Assembly (NCBI GenBank): GCA_026398875.1 | Contig: JAPLSB010000008.1 | Coordinates: 37,986 to 101,985 of the forward strand | Reading direction: 5' to 3' | DNA length: 64,000 bases | Origin: Gammaproteobacteria bacterium | Lineage (GTDB): Bacteria; Pseudomonadota; Gammaproteobacteria; Nevskiales; Nevskiaceae | In this document: positions 33,132 to 42,443 of the stretch, in pieces | Layout of the letters: every line of letters starts with the position of its first letter | How positions within the stretch are numbered: position 1 is the first letter of the stretch | Notes under the pieces: generated by a model | The model's database searches: none | What the model was told of the DNA's origin: nothing | Seen by the model: only the letters and a program-made list of their open reading frames with translations | Made by a program: the position numbers and the translations under genes

Positions 33132-33134
33132 ACC

Positions 33135-34886
33135 ATGGCCACCGAACTGAAAGTCACCGTCCCCGATATCGGGGATTACCAGGACGTCCCGGTCATTGAA
33201 GTGCTGGTCGCGGTCGGCGACACGGTCGGCAAGGATCAGGCGATCGCGACGCTGGAATCGGACAAGGCCACGCTCGACGTGCCGGCACCCGAAGCCGGCG
33301 TGGTCACGTCCATCGCGATCAAGGTGGGCGACCGCGTATCGATGGGCGATGCCGTGATGGTCATCGCGTTGGCGGCTGCCGCTGATGGCGCAGCTGCGAA
33401 AGCTTCGGCGTCCGAGAAAACGAATAGCCCCTCACCCCAGCCCTCTCCCGAGGGGAGAGGGGGCAAAAGCTTGCCTCTTCCCCTGGGAGAGGTCGACGCG
33501 ACAGCGCCGGCTGAGGGCGCGCCGCCCGCCGAGCAGGCGCAGCCCGCCGAAGCCGCGGGTGCTCCCATCGCCGTCACCATCCCCGACATCGGCGATTTCA
33601 AGGACGTGCCGGTCATCGAAGTGCTGGTCGCCGATGGCGACACGGTCGAGAAGGATCAGACGCTGCTCGTGCTGGAGTCGGACAAGGCCACGCTTGACGT
33701 GCCGGCGCCGGCGGCCGGGGTCATCGGCGGCCTGCTGCTCAAGGTCGGCGACAAGGTCGCGATGGGAACGGCGGTCTGCACGATCACCGGCGCCGGCAGC
33801 GCTGCGCCCGCGGCGGCACCTGCGCCTCTAGCGGCGCCTGCAGCGGTGCCGAAAGCAGAAGCAGCAGCGCCTGCGCCCGTCCCCGGCAACGATGGCGTCG
33901 CCGCCAAGACGGCACCTGCCGCCGTGCCTGCAGCGCCATCAGCGCCAGCCGCTGCGGCCAGCGACGACGTGCCCTACGCCAGCCCGTCGATCCGCAAGTT
34001 CGCGCGCGAACTGGGTGTCGATCTGGCAAAGGTCACGGGTTCTGGCCCGAAAGGCCGGATCACCCAGGACGACGTGCAGGGCTACGTCAAGACTGCACTG
34101 AGCGCGCCGTCGCCGGCAGCAGCGCCGGCTCCGGCCGCCGGGGGCATGGGCATACCGCCGATTCCGGCCGTCGACTTCGCACAGTTCGGCGCCATCGAGG
34201 TCAAGCCGCTGGCGCGCATCCGCAAGCTGTCGGCGGCACATCTGCACCGCGCCTGGCTGAACATTCCGCACGTCACCCAGACCGACGAAGCCGACATTAC
34301 CGAGCTCGAAGCCTTCCGCAAGGAAGCGTCCGAGGAATCGGCGAAGGCCGGCGGCCCGAAGCTGACCTTGCTGCCGTTCGTGATGAAGGCGATGGCGAAA
34401 GTGCTGGAGGCGTACCCGGAATTCCGTGCCTCGCTGTCGCCGGACGGCGAAAGCCTGATCCACAAGCACTACACGCACATCGGCTTCGCGGCCGACACGC
34501 CGAATGGGCTGGTGGTGCCGGTGGTCCGCGATGTCGACAAGAAGACCATCACCCAGCTGGCGATCGAGACCGGCGAGCTGGCGAAGAAGGCCCGCGACGG
34601 CAAGCTGTCCGGCGCCGACATGAAGGGCGGCGTGTTCTCGATCTCCAGCCTTGGCGGGATCGGCGGCAGCCACTTCACGCCGATCGTCAATGCGCCGGAA
34701 GTCGGCATCCTCGGCGTGTCGAAGGCGGCGGTGAAGCCGGTCTGGGACGGCCAGGCGTTCCAGCCCCGGCTGATGGTGCCGCTGTCGCTCAGCTACGACC
34801 ACCGGGTGATCGACGGCGCCTACGCCGCGCGCACCATCGTGCTGCTGGTGAAGCTGCTCGGCGACATCCGTCGGCTGGCGCTATGA
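33135..34886 (+). CDS. aceF: Dihydrolipoamide acetyltransferase (E2) with two lipoyl domains
   Basis: Two lipoyl domains (LESDKATLDVPAP twice), a peripheral subunit-binding domain (ASPSIRKFARELGVDL) and a catalytic SLSYDHRVIDGA. Confidence 0.95.
   Translation: MATELKVTVPDIGDYQDVPVIEVLVAVGDTVGKDQAIATLESDKATLDVPAPEAGVVTSIAIKVGDRVSMGDAVMVIALAAAADGAAAKASASEKTNSPSPQPSPEGRGGKSLPLPLGEVDATAPAEGAPPAEQAQPAEAAGAPIAVTIPDIGDFKDVPVIEVLVADGDTVEKDQTLLVLESDKATLDVPAPAAGVIGGLLLKVGDKVAMGTAVCTITGAGSAAPAAAPAPLAAPAAVPKAEAAAPAPVPGNDGVAAKTAPAAVPAAPSAPAAAASDDVPYASPSIRKFARELGVDLAKVTGSGPKGRITQDDVQGYVKTALSAPSPAAAPAPAAGGMGIPPIPAVDFAQFGAIEVKPLARIRKLSAAHLHRAWLNIPHVTQTDEADITELEAFRKEASEESAKAGGPKLTLLPFVMKAMAKVLEAYPEFRASLSPDGESLIHKHYTHIGFAADTPNGLVVPVVRDVDKKTITQLAIETGELAKKARDGKLSGADMKGGVFSISSLGGIGGSHFTPIVNAPEVGILGVSKAAVKPVWDGQAFQPRLMVPLSLSYDHRVIDGAYAARTIVLLVKLLGDIRRLAL
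33426..33492. repeat. REP-like palindromic element embedded in frame in the aceF inter-domain linker
   Basis: agCCCCTCACCCCAGCCCTCTCCCgaGGGGAGAGGGggcaaaagcttgCCTCTTCCCctgGGAGAGG, translated SPSPQPSPEGRGGKSLPLPLGE. 9-bp perfect stem CCCTCTCCC/GGGAGAGGG. Confidence 0.7.
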
Positions 34887-34916
34887 CGGCTGGCGCCCTG
34901 ACGGCTGGCGCTCTGA
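34872..34916 (+). repeat. 3 x 15-bp tandem repeat spanning the aceF stop codon
   Basis: CGGCTGGCGCTATGA / CGGCTGGCGCCCTGA / CGGCTGGCGCTCTGA. Each unit ends in an in-frame TGA. Confidence 0.9.
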
Positions 34917-34949
34917 GCGATCATGGCGCGCAGCGCTAAACTGCGCGCC

Positions 34950-35123
34950 ATGAGCACTGAATCCCCGAAGAAGAAATCCGCCGCCGACGTGCTGAAGGAA
35001 GCGCTGGCAGCGAAGAAGGCCGCCGGCCCGAATGGCGCCGGCAAGCTGCGTCCGGTGATGGATACCGGCAAGGGCAACAAGGACGCCGAGCGGCTGAAGG
35101 GGATGTCGCGCAAGGTGCACTGA
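34950..35123 (+). CDS. Small basic hypothetical protein (57 aa; alternative start at 34923)
   Basis: MSTESPKKKSAADVLKEALAAKKAAGPNG... with host-like GC3-rich codons. No SD. No recognised family. Confidence 0.4.
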   Translation: MSTESPKKKSAADVLKEALAAKKAAGPNGAGKLRPVMDTGKGNKDAERLKGMSRKVH

Positions 35124-35150
35124 GCACGGCCGCAGCGAAGCCGGCCGTGC
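35124..35150. terminator. Stem-loop between convergent genes (no U-tract)
   Basis: GCACGGCCG-cagcgaagc-CGGCCGTGC, a 9-bp perfect stem between the small ORF stop (35123) and the aminopeptidase stop (35175). Confidence 0.4.
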
Positions 35151-35174
35151 CGGCTCCGCTGCAGGCATACCGCC

Positions 35175-37049
<1,875 letters not shown>

Positions 37050-37115
37050 GAAGGTTTACGCCGATTCGGGGACCGGACGATGATACGGAACTCCCTTGTC
37101 ACCCGACCCGTTCCC

Positions 37116-38702
37116 ATGCGCATCGCTTTCCGATCGCTGCTGCTGTCCTGCGCGCTGCTGGCGCTGGCCGCCTGCAGCCACAACCCGTTCCGCGGCGCTG
37201 ATGCCGCTTCCGACTCCGCCTCCGGCGCCCGTGTGATGACCCTCGACGAAATCGGTCAGCAGTACCTGCGGCTGGTGCTGGCGCTTGGCGAACACGACCC
37301 GGATTACGTCGACGCCTACTACGGCGACGCGGCGATCCGCGATGCCGTGAAACAGGACGCCGCCAGCCCGGCACAGATCGAGAAGCGGGCGCAGCGCCTG
37401 CTGGCCAGCGTCGACGGTGCCGACAGCGCGCAGTTCCAGACGCGTGCGGAACTGGTCGCACTGCGCCGCGCCTATCTGACCAAGCAGCTCGTCGCGCTGG
37501 TGGCGCGCGCGCAGATGCTGCAGGGCCGGCGCTTCAGCTTCGATGACGAGGCCCGCGCGCTGTACGACACGGAAGCGCCGCACTACCAGGAGTCCGATTT
37601 CGCACCGGTGCTCGCGCGGATCGAGAAGCTGCTGCCGGTGGAACGCGGCGACGCCGGCCGCACGCTCGCCGAACGCTACAACCACTACATCGAGCGTTTT
37701 GCGGTGCCGGCGGCGAAGCTTGAGAAGGTGATGGAGTTGGCGCTGGAAGAAGCCCGCACGCGCAGCTACAACCACATGCCGATGCCGATCAGCGAGTACG
37801 TCGAGCTGAAACTGGTCAACGGCAAGCCGTGGAGCGCCTACAACTGGTACCAGGGCAAGCTGCAGAGCCGCATCGAGATCAACACCGAGCTGCCGATTCC
37901 GGTGTCGCGGGTCATCGAACTGGCAGCGCACGAAGGCTATCCCGGCCATCACGTCTACAACGCGCTGCTCGAAAACGGCCTGGTGATTGGCCAGCACTGG
38001 CTGGAGTTCAGCGTCTACGCGCTGTTCTCGCCACAGTCGCTGATCGCCGAAGGCACGGCCGATTTCGGCATCGGCCTGGCCTTTCCGGGCAAGGACCTGC
38101 TGGCGTTCACGAAGCAGCTGTTCAAGGCCGCCGGACTGAAGCCGGCCGATGCCCCGCGCTATCTGGAGATCGTTCAGGCTGCCAGCGCCCTGAAGCCGGC
38201 CGGCATCGAAGCGGCACGGCGTTATCTGGACGGCCAGGCCAGTGCCGACGAGACGATCGCCTGGATGCAGCGCTTCCTGCTGTATTCACCAGAGCGCGCC
38301 AGGCAGCGCCTGACGTTCATCGACAAGTACCGCGCCTACATCATCAATTACAGCTGGGGCGAGACGCTGGTGCGCGACCACATCGAGCGCCACGGCAACC
38401 GCAACGCCGGCTCGCCCGAGCAGTGGCAGCAGTTCTTCCAGCTGATCTCGATGCCGCGCACGCCGTCGATGCTGCTGCCGGCCGCGCCGGCCGCCGATCA
38501 GCCGGCCGACGTCAACGATGTCGCGGACTTCGACCGCTACGTCGCCGGCAAGCCGACCGTGGCCGCGTTCCAGCAACGCTATCCGACGGTGTTCGTCGTG
38601 CTGCCGGGCATCATCGCGACGCGCGAGTACCGCCACGACCGCAGCCGCTACTTCGCCGAACTGGATAGCGACGGCCGGATCGTCGGTGGCCGCTTCATGT
38701 GA
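37116..38702 (+). CDS. Lipoprotein, DUF885-like putative metallopeptidase fold
   Basis: Lipobox MRIAFRSLLLSCALLALAAC. AAHEGYPGHHVY resembles the DUF885 HExxPGHH motif. The track N-terminal extension is antisense to the aminopeptidase gene. Confidence 0.55.
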   Translation: MRIAFRSLLLSCALLALAACSHNPFRGADAASDSASGARVMTLDEIGQQYLRLVLALGEHDPDYVDAYYGDAAIRDAVKQDAASPAQIEKRAQRLLASVDGADSAQFQTRAELVALRRAYLTKQLVALVARAQMLQGRRFSFDDEARALYDTEAPHYQESDFAPVLARIEKLLPVERGDAGRTLAERYNHYIERFAVPAAKLEKVMELALEEARTRSYNHMPMPISEYVELKLVNGKPWSAYNWYQGKLQSRIEINTELPIPVSRVIELAAHEGYPGHHVYNALLENGLVIGQHWLEFSVYALFSPQSLIAEGTADFGIGLAFPGKDLLAFTKQLFKAAGLKPADAPRYLEIVQAASALKPAGIEAARRYLDGQASADETIAWMQRFLLYSPERARQRLTFIDKYRAYIINYSWGETLVRDHIERHGNRNAGSPEQWQQFFQLISMPRTPSMLLPAAPAADQPADVNDVADFDRYVAGKPTVAAFQQRYPTVFVVLPGIIATREYRHDRSRYFAELDSDGRIVGGRFM

Positions 38703-39208
38703 GCGCCGTCGAAAGTTTTCCACCGCTGGAACCGCCATCGGCGCGGCTGCTGATTCTCGGCTCGATGCCGGGCATCGCATCGCTGCGCGCCGTGCAGTAC
38801 TACGCTCATCCGCGCAATCGCTTCTGGCCGACGATGGAAGCGCTGTTCGGCATTCCGTTCGCGTGGCCGTACGAACAGCGGATCGCTGCATTGACCGCGA
38901 AGGGCGTGGCGCTGTGGGACGTGCTGCGCGCCTGCGAACGTCCGGGCAGCCTCGATTCGAGCATTGTCCGGGCCACCGAAGTGCCGAATGATTTCGCCGG
39001 CTTCGTCGATCGCCATCCGCAGCTGCGCGCCATTGCCCTGAACGGCGGTACCGCCCGCGATGCCTTCAAGCGCCACGGCCGGCCGATGCTCGGCGCGCGG
39101 CTCGACGGCATCGAAGTGATCGCGCTGCCGTCGACCAGTCCAGCCAATGCCGGACAATCGGTCGATGCCAAGCTGGCGCAGTGGTCAGCGCTGCTGCGCC
39201 ATGTCTGA
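38699..39208 (+). CDS. DNA-deoxyinosine (hypoxanthine) glycosylase, UDG superfamily
   Basis: LLILGSMPGIASLRAVQYYAHPRNRFWP...LPSTSPAN matches the family 6-type UDG pattern. The GTG start overlaps the upstream stop (ATGTGA). Confidence 0.8.
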   Translation: MSAVESFPPLEPPSARLLILGSMPGIASLRAVQYYAHPRNRFWPTMEALFGIPFAWPYEQRIAALTAKGVALWDVLRACERPGSLDSSIVRATEVPNDFAGFVDRHPQLRAIALNGGTARDAFKRHGRPMLGARLDGIEVIALPSTSPANAGQSVDAKLAQWSALLRHV

Positions 39209-39229
39209 ACCCGGGAACCTGCACACGCC

Positions 39230-40123
39230 ATGACGCACGTATTCGATTTCCACACGCTGGACGTATTCACCGAAACCCGCTTCGGCGGCAATCCGCTGGC
39301 CGTCGTGCTGGCGGCCGACGGCCTGAACACCCGGCAGATGCAGACCATCGCCCGCGAGTTCAACCTGTCGGAAACGGTATTCGTGCTGAAGCCGACACGG
39401 CCGGATGCCGCCTTCCGCATCCGCATCTTCACGCCCGAAGTCGAGATGCCGTTCGCCGGTCATCCCACCGTCGGCACGGCCTGCCTGCTCGCCGAGCTCG
39501 GGCTTGCACCGCAGGGCGACGACGTGCGTTTCGTGCTCGAGGAAAACGTCGGGCCGGTGCCGGTGCGGGTGCGCCGCGAAGCGGGTCGCGCGCCATACGG
39601 CGAACTGACCACGGCCGTGCTGCCGGTGCGCGGAACCGCTCCGCTGCCGTCGAATGCCGTGATCGCGGCGATGCTCGGCCTGCAGGAAACCGATATCGGC
39701 ACGGTGGCGGCAGTCAGCTGCGGCGTGCCGTACCTGCTGGTGCCGCTGCAGACGCCCGAACGGCTGGCCGGCATCGAGCTGAACCTGGCGATCTGGCGCG
39801 AGCATCTGCACGGGGCCTGGGCGCATCACCTGTATGTCACCGCGCAGGGTTACGAAGGCGAGGTCCGGGCGCGGATGTTCGCACCGGGCTCCGGCGTCGT
39901 CGAAGACCCGGCTACCGGCTCGGCGGCGGTGGCGCTGGCCGGACGGCTGGCGCTGGAGTCGTCGCTGGTCGATGGCACGGTGCGCGCAGTGATTCATCAG
40001 GGCCTGGAAATGGGCCGGCCGAGCGTGCTGCTGATCGAGGCTGATCGCATTGCCGGCGCGGTGACGGCGGTGCGGGTCGGTGGACATAGTGTTGCGGTGC
40101 TTGCCGGCACCCTGCGCGTCTGA
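39230..40123 (+). CDS. PhzF-family isomerase
   Basis: FHTLDVFTETRFGGNPLAVVL...FNLSETVFV...FAGHPTVG are PhzF-family motifs. 297 aa. Confidence 0.9.
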   Translation: MTHVFDFHTLDVFTETRFGGNPLAVVLAADGLNTRQMQTIAREFNLSETVFVLKPTRPDAAFRIRIFTPEVEMPFAGHPTVGTACLLAELGLAPQGDDVRFVLEENVGPVPVRVRREAGRAPYGELTTAVLPVRGTAPLPSNAVIAAMLGLQETDIGTVAAVSCGVPYLLVPLQTPERLAGIELNLAIWREHLHGAWAHHLYVTAQGYEGEVRARMFAPGSGVVEDPATGSAAVALAGRLALESSLVDGTVRAVIHQGLEMGRPSVLLIEADRIAGAVTAVRVGGHSVAVLAGTLRV

Positions 40124-40220
40124 GCGCCGGGCCTGTCACCAAGCGGCGCGAAACCCGCCGCTATACTTTGGCAAAGCCCGTGCATCAGGCATCGGGACCA
40201 AGCTCACGGAGATGCACGCG

Positions 40221-40739
40221 ATGACCGATTCATTCCGCCGCCTTGCCCGGCTGGACGAGGAATTCCCCGGCCTGTTGGCAGCGTTCAAGCCGGCGCTGAA
40301 GGGCCTGATCCCCGACGAGATCAATTTCACCGAGGATTCCTACGACGAGCTGTTCATCATCCTGGCGGTCGCGGCCTACTACGCGCGCGATCCGAAGCTG
40401 CGCAAGCAGTCGGCCAATCGCACCGGCGGCAATCCGAAGCTGGTCAGCGTGGTGATGGACGAAGGCCCGCAGGACAAGGATCTGGCGCTGGTCGACCGCA
40501 TCCTCGACCGGATCGCGCCTTATGTGCCGGTCAGCGTGATGCTGGCCTCGCTGAAGACCATGCGGGCCAATCAGGACGAGCTGTTCAAGGCCTACCACCA
40601 GGGTATCGAGCGAATCGTCTCCGACCTGTTCCGCATCGCCGCCGGCTTCCCGCCGAATACCGCGTGCCCCGCCGCGCTGGTGAAGTGGGCATCGGGCCCG
40701 CTGCGCGCCGAGATCTACGAGCAGTTGCACCAGAACTGA
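40221..40739 (+). CDS. Hypothetical protein (172 aa)
   Basis: ATG at 40221 with GGAG 9 nt upstream, host-like codon usage, and the perfect terminator downstream. No recognised family. Confidence 0.6.
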   Translation: MTDSFRRLARLDEEFPGLLAAFKPALKGLIPDEINFTEDSYDELFIILAVAAYYARDPKLRKQSANRTGGNPKLVSVVMDEGPQDKDLALVDRILDRIAPYVPVSVMLASLKTMRANQDELFKAYHQGIERIVSDLFRIAAGFPPNTACPAALVKWASGPLRAEIYEQLHQN

Positions 40740-40746
40740 TCGCAGC

Positions 40747-40799
40747 GGCCACGAAAAAGCGGCCGGTCATCATCGATGACCGGCCGCTTTTTCGTGGCC
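40747..40799. terminator. Bidirectional rho-independent terminator (53-bp perfect palindrome)
   Basis: GGCCACGAAAAAGCGGCCGGTCATC-atc-GATGACCGGCCGCTTTTTCGTGGCC. 25-bp perfect arms. The GC-rich core is flanked by an A5 run and a T5 run, so it serves both convergent genes. Confidence 0.88.
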
Positions 40800-40830
40800 T
40801 CGGCGTCGTGCGCCGCCGAGGCCACCGGTC

Positions 40831-41460
40831 TTACTGACCAGCCTTGGCGCCAGCCTCGACGTTGACCGTCGCACCGACCTTGGCGTTGGCGGCATTGGCG
40901 GCCGCACCGGCTGCGGCATTGACGCCGGCGTTGACGCCGGCAGCGGCGGCGCCGCCTGCGGCCTGCGCCGTCGAGCCGACCGCTGCCTTCGCACCGACCG
41001 CCGCATCCTTGGCAACGCCCACGCCGGCCTTCGCTGCGCCACCAACCGCACCTGCGGTGCCCTTCACGGCGCTGCCGGCCGCGCCAACCGTACCCTTGAC
41101 CGCCTTGCCGAGACCGAGGCCGAGGCCGACACCGGCGTTCGCGCCTGCCTTGCCTGCCTCGACAGTGGCTGCTGCACCGGCCTTGACGTCAGCCTGGGCA
41201 GCGGCACCGGCTTGGGCAGCGGCGGCAGCTTCGGCCTGAACGGCGGCGGCCTTGGTGGCGGCGGCATCGGATTGCAGACGCGCCTTTGCGGCTTCTGCGT
41301 CAAGACGGGCCTTGGCCGCAGCGTCGACATTGGCACTCAGCGCACCCGCGCTGACGCCCACGCCGGCGCCAGCGTCGAGCCCGATCGCCATCGACGGACC
41401 GGCGGCCGCAGCGGCGAACAGCGTGGTGAGGATGGCGGCGGGAATGAGTTTACGGTTCAT
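40831..41460 (-). CDS. Secreted Ala/Gly/Val/Lys-rich low-complexity protein
   Basis: Signal peptide MNRKLIPAAILTTLFAAAAAGPSMA, AGGAG RBS 8 nt upstream, terminator downstream. The mature part is almost entirely A/G/V/K/D/Q repeats. Confidence 0.7.
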   Translation of the reverse strand: MNRKLIPAAILTTLFAAAAAGPSMAIGLDAGAGVGVSAGALSANVDAAAKARLDAEAAKARLQSDAAATKAAAVQAEAAAAAQAGAAAQADVKAGAAATVEAGKAGANAGVGLGLGLGKAVKGTVGAAGSAVKGTAGAVGGAAKAGVGVAKDAAVGAKAAVGSTAQAAGGAAAAGVNAGVNAAAGAAANAANAKVGATVNVEAGAKAGQ

Positions 41461-41644
41461 CGAGGGTGCTCCTTGCGAGGGACAGACAGCTGGAAAATGG
41501 AAAATATCGACAGCGCCTTGCTGGCCTTGTTTCGACCCGCGCAGAATGCCGTCGGATATCTGAACCCGTCATGAACGGGGAGTCAGTTCATCATTTTCCG
41601 CCAACCGACCGTTGTTCGGAAAGGCGCCTGTCCGGCCGAGCACC

Positions 41645-42040
41645 ATGTCCACATCCCCGATCGTGACCGATCACGTCAGCGCCAAAGCATGGGCCGACCG
41701 CTGGATCGAGGCCTGGAATGCCCTGGATATCGAGTCCGTGCTGGCGCTGTTTGCCGACGACTGCCAGTTTCGAAGCCCGAAAGCCGCCGTCATCACCGGC
41801 TGCGGCACGGTGATCGGCAAACCGGCGCTGCGCGCGTACTGGACGCGGGCGATCGAGAACATCGCGCACCTGCGCTTCACGCTGGCTACTGCGCACTGGG
41901 ATGGCGCCCAGCGGACGCTGCTGATCCGCTACACCGCCGAATTGGCTGCGCAGCGTCTTCTGGCTGCCGAAGTGTTCGATTTTCTCCCCGACGGCAGGGT
42001 CATCTGCGGGACAGCGTTCTATGGCGCGTCGACCGACTGA
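41645..42040 (+). CDS. SnoaL-like / NTF2-fold protein
   Basis: AKAWADRWIEAWNALDIESVLALFADDCQFRSP is the typical SnoaL-like N-terminal pattern. About 131 aa. Confidence 0.7.
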   Translation: MSTSPIVTDHVSAKAWADRWIEAWNALDIESVLALFADDCQFRSPKAAVITGCGTVIGKPALRAYWTRAIENIAHLRFTLATAHWDGAQRTLLIRYTAELAAQRLLAAEVFDFLPDGRVICGTAFYGASTD

Positions 42041-42443
42041 GTCCACTCGACGACGGCGGCCGGGCGATACCGGGGCGCCATTGGCTGCTGCAGCCGATCT
42101 CGATGCAGCAGAGGCTTCCCGTCGCGCGATCCTCGCCACCGTCGAGCGCATCCCGGCCGGCCGGGTCTGCACCTATGGCGAGATCGCATGGATTGCCGGC
42201 TACCCGGGGCGCGCCAGGCTCGTTGGGCGGGTGCTCGGCGGCATGCTCGAAGCAGGCTCGAATACCCCTTGGCACCGCGTCATCAACGCATCCGGGCAGA
42301 TTTCGCTGCCGAAGTTCAGCGAGGAACACCGCGAACAGAAGCGGCGCCTGCGTGCAGAGGGCGTGATGTTCGAAAACGATCGGGTCAGCCTTCGACGCTT
42401 CGGCTGGCAGCCGGCGGGCGGGGAATCGCCGCTGATCGATTGA
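42021..42443 (+). CDS. MGMT-family alkyltransferase-like protein (ATL; active-site Cys replaced by Trp)
   Basis: IPAGRVCTYGEIAWIAGYPGRARLVGRVL...NTPWHRVINASGQIS: the DNA-binding domain of O6-alkylguanine transferases, with PWHRV instead of PCHRV. Confidence 0.85.
   Translation: MARRPTESTRRRRPGDTGAPLAAAADLDAAEASRRAILATVERIPAGRVCTYGEIAWIAGYPGRARLVGRVLGGMLEAGSNTPWHRVINASGQISLPKFSEEHREQKRRLRAEGVMFENDRVSLRRFGWQPAGGESPLID

Noticed and set aside
33135-33900. Internal DNA repeat in aceF
   Set aside because: This is simply the two homologous lipoyl domains (PDIGD(Y/F)xDVPVIEVLVAxGDTVxKDQ...LESDKATLDVPAP), a normal E2 architecture.
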